This document shows, in pieces, positions 51,875 to 63,140 of a stretch of 64,000 nt of DNA. This DNA is from Podarcis erhardii. Lineage: Eukaryota. The number at the start of each line of letters is the position of its first letter. Positions within the stretch are counted from its first letter, which is position 1. The stretch lies in the NCBI GenBank assembly GCA_964252035.1, contig OZ176209.1; one strand, written 5' to 3'. Position numbers and translations under genes: made by a program. The notes beneath the pieces are model-generated. The model was given only the letters and a program-made list of their open reading frames with translations. It did not search any database and was not told the origin of the DNA.

Positions 51875-51882
51875 TAGCACCA
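51875..51882 (-). promoter_or_regulatory. Second miR-29 8mer seed site in NAV3 3'UTR
   Basis: Plus-strand TAGCACCA reads UGGUGCUA in the mRNA. Confidence 0.55.
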
Positions 51883-53065
51883 GTTACATGTCCTGAAGGT
51901 ACTCACTGGCTAGCTGGATCTGGAAAGCAACCACTAGCATCCTATTGCAGTGAACGTGATGTGCTCAGAGTTGGCAATTTCAGGGCTGTGGCTCTAAGTA
52001 TACAAGTGCATGTCTACACAATGCCATAGCCCTTCTATTACTTTCATTTAGTTGAATCGGCATATCCAATTACTCTGATCAGTTTTCATTCAAACTGGTG
52101 TAGTCTGCCAGGATATACAACATTTTTGTATTTGCCTAAGATGTATTGGCTTTTATAATGTAGATTGAAACATGCTCACTCTAGCATGGATAGCTCCTGC
52201 ATAGTCATAACAATTCTAAATACAGGACAAACACACCATTGTTTTTAAATATATATATTTTAAAAACCTCCAGATTGTATGGTTTGCGCTCTGGATATTT
52301 TTAATTTTTTTTATTTTTTTGCAACATACAGGTAATCTCAGTAAATGAAACATCTCTTAACATCAACAAGATAAAATACAGTTTCTTATTTTTGTTGTTG
52401 CTGTCACTGTTGTTTGCTTTCATTTGTGCAAGGCTTTTTTTTTTTAATATTACAAGACCCTCCCAGTAGACTGTGCAAAACCAACCCCCCTCCCCCTTTA
52501 CAGTATAAACTTTTCTCTCAACCACAGTGGACAATCACTGTGTCATAATGCTGAATTTCTTCATGTACAACAATTGCAATCAAAACAGCATGCTTCAAAC
52601 TAGGGGGAAAAAATGAAGAGGAAGGGAAAAGAAAAAAGAAATATTTGTGCTCATGCTGCACCAAGTGCACCCAGCTCTGCTGGATAAGATTTTCCCCAAA
52701 ACACCTCTCTTTTAATAAGCTCTTTTTCATAGAACCAAATGGACTTAAGCCAACTGTCTCAGGTTTTGTTATTAATCATTGTTTATTATTAGGAGTGGCT
52801 TCTGGGTCACTTGAATATTTTAGATGGTAATCTATTCACACAAGATAAAAAATACTATATATATAATCTATCTATATATCTATATCAATAGATCGTTCTT
52901 CTAGCCACTTCGATAAAAAACATGATATACAGAGATGAGGCTACTGCGTTCACTGATGCTCTCTCGTTAGTAAATGAAGAAAGAAAACAGTGTAAATAAT
53001 CAATGGTTTAACAAATTAAACCAACTGTAAAATTGTTCTAGAAATCGGTTTTAAGGCAGTGAGAC

Positions 53066-53072
53066 AGCACCA
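53066..53072 (-). promoter_or_regulatory. miR-29 7mer-m8 site with possible 3' supplementary pairing
   Basis: Plus-strand AGCACCAT-ag-GAAAT matches miR-29 (UAGCACCAUyUGAAAU...) in both the seed and nt 12-16. Confidence 0.5.
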
Positions 53073-53953
53073 TAGGAAATGTTCTCTTTTCCCCCCCACT
53101 GAAAAGGCTCGAAACATACGAAGCCCTAAGAAAGCCTTTACTCAGTGTCAGATAAGAATTGGTAAAAAAAACCCTTGTTAAGAGGTGGGCAGGTGTTTAA
53201 AAAATACCCTTGCGGCTAAAAACAAGTTGTATATAAAACAGATGATTTGTACAGGAAAACAACAACAACAACCCAGAAACCTTGGTGGATCACATCACTG
53301 CAAACTTGGCAGCTTTAGTATCAAATTGGCACTTTTCCAGCATATATCACAGTAGCGTTTTCCTGGCAATTCCACAAAACTGTTTTGTGCTTTTATGGAG
53401 TTTGCTTTCTGTATTTTCTTTTTCTTTCTCCAACTCGTTTTGGAATGGGCAGCAGTGTACAATTCAAACACTACCATTGTGTCTTGTAATGAGTGCCATG
53501 GGGCACTGGCAGAGGTTAGAGGACCAGGATCGCAAAGACCACTAATGCAGCACCTCGTAGTAAATTGAAGTGTAAAAAAACCAAAGGCTTGCATTGTAAA
53601 CTTTTGAGACAGGAAGAAAGACAGAAAGAAACAATCCCAAGGAGATTCCAGTTTGGCTAACACATGTGCAATCTGCTTAGCTGTCCCCCCTCCCCCTCCC
53701 ATTAAAAGGCCCTTTCCAGTTGATTGATGGAGTCTCACTCAGCTCCACTGATACTGAAATCTCTTGAAAATAAACTAATTCAAGCTTTCCATTTTGATTT
53801 GCTTTCCTGACTTTCTAGAGATAAGTCGACCGCCTATATATGACACAGCACTCACGCTCTCTCGGGCCACCCTGGCACGTGCTGCTTCGGCACTGCAGCA
53901 GTTAAAGCCGGGACAGTTTAACCAGCATCCTATATAACCAGGCCCGTTCCTCT

Positions 53954-54073
53954 CTAGAGAGTTGACTCAAGCGAGGGGTCCAGAATATCATCGTGGTGAC
54001 TAGCAGTATCGCTGTCGCAGCTCTGTGCGCTGGAGTAGCTGGCTGCTTCTTTGAGCCTCATTAGCATGTGCAT
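53954..54073 (-). CDS. NAV3: NAV3 terminal exon, coding part
   Basis: Acceptor ccttgtttcttcctcag. Translates MHMLMRLKEAASYSSAQSCDSDTASHHDDILDPSLESTL-TAG, matching the characteristic navigator C-terminus ...ILD(S/P)SLESTL. Confidence 0.95.
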   Translation of the reverse strand: MHMLMRLKEAASYSSAQSCDSDTASHHDDILDPSLESTL

Positions 54074-54133
54074 CTGAGGAAGAAACAAGGAAATGCTGGT
54101 GTCATTGCTGTTAAGAAGCGAAGGCAACAGTGG

Positions 54134-54905
54134 TTGGTGTGAAGACCCCCCAAACCCCCTCCAAAATAAATCACACAGGAAACAGAATATTTGTTTAGGA
54201 TTTTCGGTATTAATTTGGCCACAACTTTATTGTTTACAGCGTGTGAGTGGTTGCTTAGGCATTGGTTCAGACTACCTGAACCTGCACCAGCAGGAACAGG
54301 ACTGACAACTGGAACCTCCAGAGGTCAGTAAGGGAAAACACACTGGGGGAGCAGAGAGGCAGATTTTCGCCTCTCAATTCACATCAGATGTTCTCAGGAA
54401 CTCTGGCATGGTCCTACCCCTGAGAGGGGATCGGACAGATTCCTTTAACGGAATTACCTAGCAGCAGCAACAAAATTGAGGGGCAGGCACAGCCAATCCA
54501 TAATCCCCTCCACCAAAGGATGAACGGCCTAACCGCCAACTTTACAAAGTTGTGACGGTAGGCAAAAACCAAATGGCACCAGCCAATCAGCCAAGTGGCA
54601 AAATTCCTACCGGGCCTCTGCTCCAAAAACAGACGACCCCTAGACAGGCATAGCAAGGTCAAAAACACAACCTTAAATTATAGGGAGGGAGGATGGGAGA
54701 TCCACTGTACGATGCGAAAGAGGAAGTATTTCGCCACATGCAGCCCCTTAAATATCCCCTTATGTGCCAATCAAACCCCAACTGACAGAAATCTGCCCCA
54801 GTAGCAAAGGGGCGACCAATGAGGCAAGGAGGTCATCCATATGGGCCCACCCCAGCAACAAGAAGGCAGTTTGGTGATCTCACCGCAACACGTGTCTCTC
54901 CATGA
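54134..54905 (-). mobile_element. Second solo A-B Ngaro derivative, in NAV3 last intron, sense orientation
   Basis: Colinear with 26864-27661 (ggccacaactttattg, gtgagtggttgcttaggcattggtt, agccaatcagcc, cagacgacccc..gacaggcatagcaaggtc, caccgcaaca..ctctccatga). Confidence 0.75.
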
Positions 54906-55614
54906 TTTGGAGGACACGATCTCTGCTTTCAAGCCTTTGAGTAGGCAACAGGGACATGTGATGGATGCAGCACTTTGAAAAATCAGTGCTGGCTGAGATA
55001 GCAAACTTTTGAATCCCTCTTCTTTTTTTAAAAGTCTCCACAGGCAGGGAGCAATGGTAACTTTGGAGAGAATCAAAGGCTGCAGGAATTCAAAGGTGTT
55101 TAAAGGACAGGGAGCTTTTGATCTGAGCCACGATCCTGAATCCATTCTCCCAACGCCAAGGTAAGAATAGACTAGGCTTTTGGTGTCAGAATACACTGTG
55201 GGGATAAAAAGGAATGCAATCGCTTTTGCATACACAGTCACACCATCTTAGAGAAGAAGGGGAGGTGGGAACTGAAGTGGAGTGGACTGAAGCCAGCTGC
55301 TGGATACAAGAGCACCATCTGCTGCCCAGGAGCCGACCTTGGCAACAGAAAATAGCATGCCACAGCTGCGAGGCTGGTTTCCAGAGGAGCCTTTAAGCAC
55401 ATCTTACTTAACATCAAGAGCCCCGGAGAGCTGTAAGATGCTCAGTGCCTAAAATTACTGTAATTATAGTTGGTATTTAGAAATCGTCCCTCTCGCCATG
55501 TGGCTCAGGGAATTGATCTTACACCACCAGCATTTTTAAATGGTGCATTATTTGAAACGAAGTGCTTTGGTTTTTCTGAGAAAAGAAAAGTACGGTAGGC
55601 TATGTGCTTTCTCT

Positions 55615-56480
55615 CTCTTTTTTTTTTAAATGATTTTTATTAATTTTACAACACAAACAAAAAACAAACAAACATAACACGACTTCCCTATACCTCCCCT
55701 TCACTGCATCCTTGTTTTAAAATTTTTTAGCAATCCTTCATCCAATTTTTATATTTAATTCTCTTTAAAATTTTCTTAAGCTTAAATTTTTACAGCTGTA
55801 ATTCTTTATATCAAATCCCTTGACATCTTAACATTCCGAAATTTTACAACAATTTTTAAGATAAATTTTAATTTTTTCCCAGTCCTCTTCCACTGTCTCT
55901 CTCCTCTGGTCACGAATTCTGCCGGTCATCTCTGCCAGTCCCATAAATTCAGTCACCTTGGTCTGCCATTCTTCCAGAGTAGGTAGTTCTTTAGTCTTCC
56001 AATACTTTGCCAAAAGAATTCTTGCTGCTGTTGTTGCATACATAAAAAATGTTCTATCTTTCTTTGGAATCATTTGGCCTACCATGCCCAAGAGAAAAGC
56101 CTCCGGTTTCTTTACAAATGTCCACTTAAGGATTTTCTTAATTTCATTATAGATCATTTCCCAGTAGGCCTTAATCTTCGGGCAGGTCCACCAAAGATGA
56201 TAAAAAGTTCCTTCGCATTCATTACACTTCCATCAGTTGTTATTGGGCAAATGATATATCTTTGCAAGCTTGACTGGGGTCATGTACCATCTATAGATCA
56301 TTTTCATTATATTCTCTTTTAAGGCACTACATGCCGTGAATTTAATACCTGTGGTCCATAACTGCTCCCAGTCAGCAAACATAATATCATGACCAATATC
56401 TTGTGCCCACTTAATCATAGCTGATTTGACCGTTTCATCCTGTGTGCTCCATTTTAGCAGCAGATTGTACATTCTAGACA
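55615..56480 (-). mobile_element. 5'-truncated L1-clade LINE in NAV3 last intron, sense orientation
   Basis: 17-bp TSD ggctatgtgctttctct (55598-55614 / 56481-56497). About 215 codons of the ORF2 C-terminus with one nonsense codon at the first Cys of the CCHC knuckle (*WKC..EGTFYHLWWTC), and a poly-T tail on the plus strand. Confidence 0.92.
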
Positions 56481-57109
56481 GGCTATGTGCTTTCTCTTGC
56501 CCCAGTACCTTCTCAGATTTATTTGGGTCTTATTAGCTTTACAGTGGCCACAACCATATAGTATGCCCCTCTGCAGGGTATATAGGTTGCTAGCCACAAG
56601 TCATTGGGTTGAATAATGTTGTGCACCTTGTTTATATATGTTAACATTTTGATAATGTTTTTTTGGGGGGGGAGGTTGGTGGAATTTTGGTTGTGGTTGT
56701 TTTATTTTATATTGCTTTGCTGATTTTTTAGCTGCCTTCAGTTCCTTTAAAAATTTTTTGAATAGAAATGGTTCACAATCATTAAAAATAAATATAGAAA
56801 TAAAGAATACCACTAAAGTGTTGTAAGGGAGGATCCAGCATTTAATTTAGCTGCTTCTCAGGATCTTTCCCCAATAAACCTCTAATATTCACCTGGATAT
56901 ATGGGGCTTCCCCCCTTTTTCGTTTTCACTCTTAAATTGTGATGGGCCATCAGGAGGGCAGGTCAAAATGTTTGCAACTGGTACAGAAATAGACTGATAT
57001 CCTGAGATGATAACTCCTTGATGTGAAGCTAAAAGAATAGTTACATTCAGGCACAAATCCTGTACAATCTGATTAGATCCTTTTTATGGCAGTATATGGT
57101 GAATAAAAT

Positions 57110-58058
57110 GTAAAGGTAAAGGATCCCTGACAGTTAAGTCCAGTCATGAACGACTCTGGGGTTGCGGCACTCATCTCGCTTTACTGGCTGATGTTTGTCC
57201 GCAGACAGTTTTTCCAGGTCATGTGGCCAGCATGACTGCCAAAACCAGAGCAGCACACGGAAATGTCGTTTACCTTCCCGCCAGAGCGGTACCTATTTAC
57301 CGTATTTTTCGCCCTATAGGACGCACTTTTTCCCCTCCAAAAATGAAGGGGAAATGTGGGTGCGTCCTATGGGGCGAATACAGGCTTTCGCTGAAGCCTG
57401 GGGAGCGAGAGGCTCTCGCTCTCCAGGCTTCAGGAAGCTCTGCGCAACCCTTCAGAGCCCGGCGCGAAGCCGCGTCAGCCTCCGGAGGGTCGCGCAAAGC
57501 TGCCTGCGCTCCCAGGCTCCGTGCAGCTCTGTGTGATGCTCCGGAGCCCGGCGCCAAGCCGCGCCGGCCTCCGAAATGTTGCGCAGAGCTGCCTGCCCTC
57601 CCAGAGTCCGTGCAGCTCTGCGCGACCCTCCGGAGCCCGGCGCCGGGCTCCGGAGGGTTGCGCAGAGCTGCCTGCATTAGGAAGCCTCAGCGCGCCCGGG
57701 CTTCGCACAGCTGTCCGCAATCCTGGGGAGACCGGTGCGGCTCCCTAGGCTTGTGGATAGCAGGCTTTTCTGGGGGCTGGGGTCAGGGGAAGCTCGGGCT
57801 TCCCCTGCGCCAGCCCCGTGCCTGGGGGGGGGAATAATTTTTTTTCTTTATTCCCCCCCCCAAAAAAAACTAGGTGCGTCCTATAGGGTGGTGCATCCTA
57901 TGGGGCGAAAAATATGGTATCTACTTACACTTTGACATGCTTTTAAACTTCTGGGTTGGCAGGAGCTGGGACCGAGCAACAGGAGCTCACCCCGTTGCGG
58001 AGATTTGAACCACCAACCTTCTGATTGGCAAGTCCTAGTCTCAGTGGTTAAGACCTAC
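57110..58058 (-). mobile_element. Sauria SINE interrupted by Tc2-like MITE
   Basis: 57110-57299 and 57918-58058 rejoin into gagcggtacctatttatctacttacactttgac, the reverse complement of the 34676 copy. Confidence 0.88.
57300..57917 (+). mobile_element. Tc1/mariner (Tc2-like) MITE with GC-rich internal repeats
   Basis: TA TSD (57298-57299, 57918-57919), TIRs ccgtatttttcgccctataggacgca / tgcatcctatggggcgaaaaatatgg; it splits a Sauria SINE. Confidence 0.88.
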
Positions 58059-58147
58059 TCATGATTCTGGGTAAGCTACTTGGGGAGTAAGGGTGATTTT
58101 TAAACCTCAAGTAATTATATTGAAATAAAAGATCAGGAAGCTGGGCC

Positions 58148-58311
58148 CAGTGGCGGAGCTTCATGCTCCAGCACTGGGGGGGGGGGCAGAGAGGCAGGGG
58201 CGGGGCTGGTGCGCATCCTGGGGGCAGCAGGGGCAGCCGCGATGGCACCCTGCTGGGATCACACTGCCGGGGGCGGTGCGCTCCCCCTGTACTCCTCTTC
58301 CTCCGCCAGTG
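58148..58311 (+). mobile_element. hAT-type MITE (164 bp) in NAV3 intron
   Basis: Perfect 8-bp TSD gctgggcc, with TIRs cagtggcggag / ctccgccagtg. Confidence 0.85.
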
Positions 58312-58502
58312 GCTGGGCCAACACAAAACAAGTGAGTCAAGAAAAGAGGAGAGAGTAGAAAGTTAACTGAAAGCAAGGAATGATGGGGATGAAGGAAAGA
58401 GCAGAGACAGCATCGTATGGAAAGAAGGGAGTCAAAAAAGCAGTGAGCAGAAAAAGTCTAGGAAGTGCAATGTGATGCTTAATTGCAGAGCTGTAAGACT
58501 TA

Positions 58503-59081
58503 CCGTATTTTTCACTCTATTAGACACACTGGACCATAGCTTTCCCCCCAAGAGCCGCGCACTCTGTCCCTTCCGCCATCTCCCGCAAAAGCCAAGGATA
58601 GATGCGTGAAGCCTCCCCAGGGCAGCGGGATGAAGGCTCCCCGCTGCCCTGAGGAGGCTTCCCGCAGCTAAGCCAGAAGCTAGAACAGCTAGAGGGAGCA
58701 TTGCCAGCACTGCCTCTAGCTGTTCTGGCTTTTGGATAGCCCCGTGAAGCCTCCGCAGGGCAGTGGGATGAAGGCTCCCCGAGCCCTGCGGAGGCTTCGT
58801 GTGGCTAAGCCAGTGTTGCACAGTGCTCCCTCTAGCTGTTCTAGCTTCTGGCTTAGCCGTGGGAAGCTACCGCAGGGCAGCGGGGAGCCTTCATCCCCTG
58901 CCCGGGAGAGGCTGCGTGCAGCTAAGGCTCCCCCATGAGCCGCACTCCCTTTAAAGAGCACGCTCCACGCGGCTCTTTAAAGGGAGCGCTGAGCAGAGCC
59001 TCCTGCCTGCATTCGCTCCACACACATTTCCCCTTACTTTTTAGGAGGGGAAAAGTGTGTCTTATGGAGCGAAAAATAAGG
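58503..59081 (+). mobile_element. Tc1/mariner (Tc2-like) MITE, different internal sequence
   Basis: TA TSD, TIRs ccgtatttttcactctattagacaca / tgtgtcttatggagcgaaaaataagg, and internal gggcagcggg(at)gaaggctccc repeats in both orientations. Confidence 0.85.
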
Positions 59082-59416
59082 TACGCAGAAATTGATAACA
59101 AATAGCCAACCACCTTTTTGACTTGAACTTGCTGAAAAAGAAAAACATGTCTACATACTTCCACAAGGCAATGTCCACCTACTTGTGCAAAGCAAAACTG
59201 ATTGCTTAACTGAATTTCTGGTTTTTCTTCTCTCCCCTCCAGCACCCAAATATGTTCTGGAGGTTCCCTTAATTCTCTGGAGCAGTTTTTGGTGTTTTGT
59301 GAGGGGGCTACAGGGAAATGGAGAGGAAGGATAAACCCTGCTGTGTGAGTAGATGGCCTCTCCCACTATGTAGGCTCTCACCAATAATAATAGCATAGTA
59401 ATAATAATAATTTTAC

Positions 59417-59614
59417 CAAAGGATCTCCTTCTGAATCTGTCTGTGGAATGTGCTTTGAAGTGGTTCCTTCTTTGGCAGATGCATAACCTTCATAACCAAC
59501 ATCTTCAGGTCTCAACTGAAGCAATGATGACCAGTCATGCTGCAGTGAACTCCATGGACAAGTATCTGCTATCCACTTTGAAGGATCTTCCCAAGGTGCT
59601 CGTTTGCCATACAT
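59417..59614 (-). CDS. NAV3: NAV3 penultimate coding exon
   Basis: Acceptor acttag, donor TTG|gtaaaa, 198 nt, phase 0-0. Translates MYGKRAPWEDPSKWIADTCPWSSLQHDWSSLLQLRPEDVGYEGYASAKEGTTSKHIPQTDSEGDPL. Confidence 0.95.
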
Positions 59615-60424
59615 CTAAGTGTCCATTGCAAAATAGAAAAACAAATGGGTCGTTTAATTTCAGTTGGAGAATGTTCAGCATGGTAGTGCAAGACCTTTTG
59701 GCCCAAATTTCTTGCATGGCAACAAAATGGGACGAGGTTCATTAACTCTCCCTTTTGCATTTTCAGGTGATAGAAACTCAACCTCACTGGGGCTGGCAGG
59801 CAATTTTTTCCCCTCCCCAGAATGATGACATGTAGGGTGGGGTGAGGGAATGGCAGCTTCTAATGGATACTGTCATTTCTCCCCAGAATGCCCATCTGAA
59901 TGACATTATGCCATGACATAATGTTCTTCTAGTCTTTTCTGGGGAAGAAAAATGGCAGCTGGCAGTAGTGAAGAATGCCAGTGAGTTTCATGCCTCCATA
60001 ATCTCAAAATTCCTCCCAACCCAAAATGCATCCACATTTTTTTGGCCGACATATAGGATACAGTCAGAAGGGAAGCAGTTTTGTCTAGGGCAGGGGGTCA
60101 CAGGCTTAAATTCCCACATCCCACAGTCCCTATCCTGATCGGCTCCACACTTGTTTAAATATACAATTAAATACAACACAACACTTGGCACAATGCATAG
60201 TTTGGCCACATATTAGTTGTATTTTCAAAGCCTGAAATTCTCAGTGCCATGAAGATGCCATTTTAGTGTCTTTGGATGGTTGTAGATGCTGCTTCTTTTT
60301 TTTTTTTTTTGGAATCTTTCTTGAAAGGACTTTCGAAAAATCAGTGTAATATTTAAACAATTCAAGATGCTTCAATTGTGACTTTTTGACAAGCCAATAT
60401 CTTTATAATTAACATGTTACAATT

Positions 60425-60660
60425 GATGTGACATGTTATTGCATTTATATCCCACTTTTTCCACAAAGTTGTTCAAAGTGGTGTACATGGTTCTCTCCCC
60501 CTCCTCAAGTAAGCCTTACAACAACCCTGTGAGGCAGGTTATGCTGAAAGGCAGTAATTGGTCCAAAGTCAACCAGCATGCTTCATGGCCAAGAGGGTAT
60601 TTGAACTGTGGCTTCCCAGGTCACAGTCAGGTGCTCTAAGCACTACACCACACTACCTCT
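60425..60660 (-). mobile_element. MIR-like CORE-SINE with L2-type tail
   Basis: CORE-like cttacaacaaccctgtgaggcagg..gtccaaagtcaaccag..gcttcatggc..tttgaac, tRNA head ctaagcactacacca, and tail tttatatcccac. Confidence 0.7.
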
Positions 60661-61152
60661 CAATGATGAAAAAAATGGAAGTAGTTAATATTTTGGGTGA
60701 GTGCTAGTTGCCAATATAACTAGATCACTTTTAGTGATTATTGTGCCATAACCAGAAATTTATAAACCCAAGGTTCAGTCTGATAATGAAATAACAAGCA
60801 CTTCAATATTTCACATTGCCAGAACCACCCCCCCTTTCTCCTATGCAAAAGCCATTCAGGCAATAAACCACTAAATACATAAAAGTAATTTTGTCTCTTT
60901 CTCCCTCTTCTTCTTTCTTAATTAAGCACAAAGGATTGCTAAAGCGAAGCTCTAAATTTAGAAGGACTTCATTCTCCTCCAGATATGTAGTATGCAGCAA
61001 GAGGATGAAAATGGGCCCATAAAGCTGATGCAGATATATTTCAGTGTCCCTCTGTCACAGATCAGCCAGAAGTGTCTTGTAAAAAAAGTAAAAATATCCA
61101 TTGGGAAATGCATATGCTTTTTACAATTTTGGCATCTGTTTAAAAGTCTTAC

Positions 61153-61271
61153 CTGAAGTCCTTCTCTCACAGCTTCCATAATATATGGTACCAAGGAATA
61201 ATTCCAGAGGTCTGTGAACCACACTCTGGAACCATCAACGTCTATAGGGCAGGGCAGAAAAAGGCGAGGAC
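61153..61271 (-). CDS. NAV3: NAV3 coding exon, 3rd from last
   Basis: Acceptor ttcctatctcag, donor CAG|gtaaga, 119 nt. Translates (G)PRLFLPCPIDVDGSRVWFTDLWNYSLVPYIMEAVREGLQ. LFLPCP and YSLVPYI are NAV3-like rather than NAV2-like. Confidence 0.95.
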
Positions 61272-61330
61272 CTGAGATAGGAATTATTTTTTGTTAGAAA
61301 ACAGGAACTCAGCAAGCTGTTTAAAGCAGA

Positions 61331-61459
61331 CAGGGGGGATATTATGGCCCTCCTGATGTTGTTGGACTCCCATTATCCCTGACCACTGGCCATGCTGGAA
61401 GGGGTGGATAGGAGTTGGGGTCCAATCACACATGGTTGGTGGCAGATTTCCCATCCCTG
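61331..61459. mobile_element. Short hairpin MITE, same family as 38135-38270
   Basis: cagggg...tggccctcctgatgttgttggactccca...cccatccctg. Confidence 0.6.
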
Positions 61460-62348
61460 AAGTTAACATTCCACATTCACGATGAGGGCTATTCAAACAA
61501 TTCTTCAAAACATATAGTGGCATTTTCTTGCATTTAGCTTGCTGCTTGTACATAAGATATGACAACATGTTTTGTAAAGAATAAGAAGAAAAGGGCAATA
61601 TCTGGCATTATTTTGGAAGTTTGCAACATAGACAATATGAGCTCTGCTTTTATTAAAATCCAACTCCTTCATAGGTTTTATATTGTGTTTGTTTACGTTG
61701 GGAGAAATGACACAATACTGTACTCATTTCTTCTGAAAGCAAGGCATGCTGTTACATAAATATGCTGAACTTATTTCACTTGCTTGTCTATGTTGCAGCA
61801 GCTGCCAGCTGCTACATGGCAAATGTCAAAGTAAATTGTGGCCAATTGGGAATGCTTATAGAGAAAAGCTGAATTTTAAAAATCTCTCTCTTTTAAAAAT
61901 GTAAAATTATGTTGCCTATCTTAGCCTTAGTCTTATCTGTCCCCAGTGCTTCTCTTAATGTCATTGGCTGCCATGCTCTGATGTCACAGAGGCCAACAGT
62001 GGCAGATGGATCATAGCCCTCTAATTACCATTGACTTAGTGTATTTGACATCATAGAAGGACAATAAAGCATAGTTTAGTGCTAAGGAAAACTGAGCTGT
62101 TATTTTTACAATGCTTTAGTTGCTTGCAGGCTAGGACATTCCCAGGGATGTTCTGACCAGCAATTCAACTGCACTAACTAAGGCGTCACCTCATGCACCA
62201 TCCACTATTTTTGTTGTTATTGCTGCGGCTTAAAAAAAGAAGGGGGAAACCCCTCCCACACATCATATTTAAAGCTAAGGGAACCCCTCCCCATTTATTT
62301 ATTATTTTAAAAGAAAGCCATTCACAAGTGACTAAATAGTTATCCACC

Positions 62349-62547
62349 CAGTGCCAGAGCTTCATGCTCCGGCACCAGGGGGTGGAGAGCAGGTGGGGGC
62401 AGGGCTGGTGCGCGTCCTGGGGGCGTGTTGCGCTGCCCGCAGGGACGTGGTGCCCGGTGGGGGAGGGGGAGCCACGATGGCACCCCACCAGGATCGAGCT
62501 GCCGGGGGCGGTGCACTCCCCCCCACACTCATCTTCCTCCACCAGTG
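62349..62547 (+). mobile_element. hAT-type MITE, same family as 58148-58311
   Basis: TSD tatccacc/catccacc, and shared internal sequence gagcttcatgctcc..ggggctggtgcgc.tcctgggggc..gatggcaccc..ctgccgggggcggtgc. Confidence 0.8.
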
Positions 62548-63140
62548 CATCCACCCCACTTTCATGGTGGATGAATGGGCCTGAGAAAATGGGGGTGAGT
62601 TACATCTCAGTTCTAAAAACAACCACAGATCATGTTGAAGTAATGGCAGTCTTGTAAATTTGTTCAGAATGTCCTCTTGCTCCACTCTCTTGGCTGATAT
62701 CCCTGTTTTAAATTGTGAAATAAATCTACAGCTGTGCACTAGTACTGTGCTAATGAAAGTCAGAAAACAAGGGGAAATATGTTAGAGGGGCGGAAAGTTA
62801 GAAAGAATCCCAGAAACCTTTTGAAAAATGGACAAGCAGGAAAAGGACAAAGGAAGAAAAAACTCAGCTAGCAAACTGCAGTTGTGTAGCATGAGTGAGC
62901 AATTACATGTTCTTTTCATTTTAGTAGGATTTTTTTAAAACTATAAGCAGCATTACCAAGTTTGCTAACCCAAGCTCCAGCCCAATCTGTTCCTAGATGT
63001 TTTGTTTGAGCACAAAAGGTCAGCTGCCAATTAATTTGACATCAGTGAAGCAGACTCACGGTAAGCCTGTAAGTTTAGATAAGCCTCAAGATCCCGTTTT
63101 TGTCCCATAATTTGCATTATTAATTGAAGAAAGGCCTCAC

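Larger units (their letters stand above)
51195..53953 (-). other. NAV3: NAV3 3'UTR (distal end approximate)
   Basis: AT-rich sequence without recognisable repeats following the stop codon. It ends near an ATTAAA signal followed by a GU/U-rich tract (tctgttgtcttttg on the minus strand), and repeats resume immediately beyond. Confidence 0.7.

Noticed and set aside
53041-53050. GAAATCGGTT identical to the 3' part of miR-29a
   Set aside because: It lies on the wrong side of the seed match to pair in the same duplex, so it is treated as coincidence.
56481-56520. Apparent L1 ORF2 continuation (EKVLGQEKAHSL)
   Set aside because: It lies in and beyond the 17-bp TSD, so it is host flank rather than L1.
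57195-57837. 204-aa and overlapping GC-rich ORFs
   Set aside because: They lie inside a Tc2-like MITE with tandem GC-rich repeats within a NAV3 intron, and have no domain or splice support.
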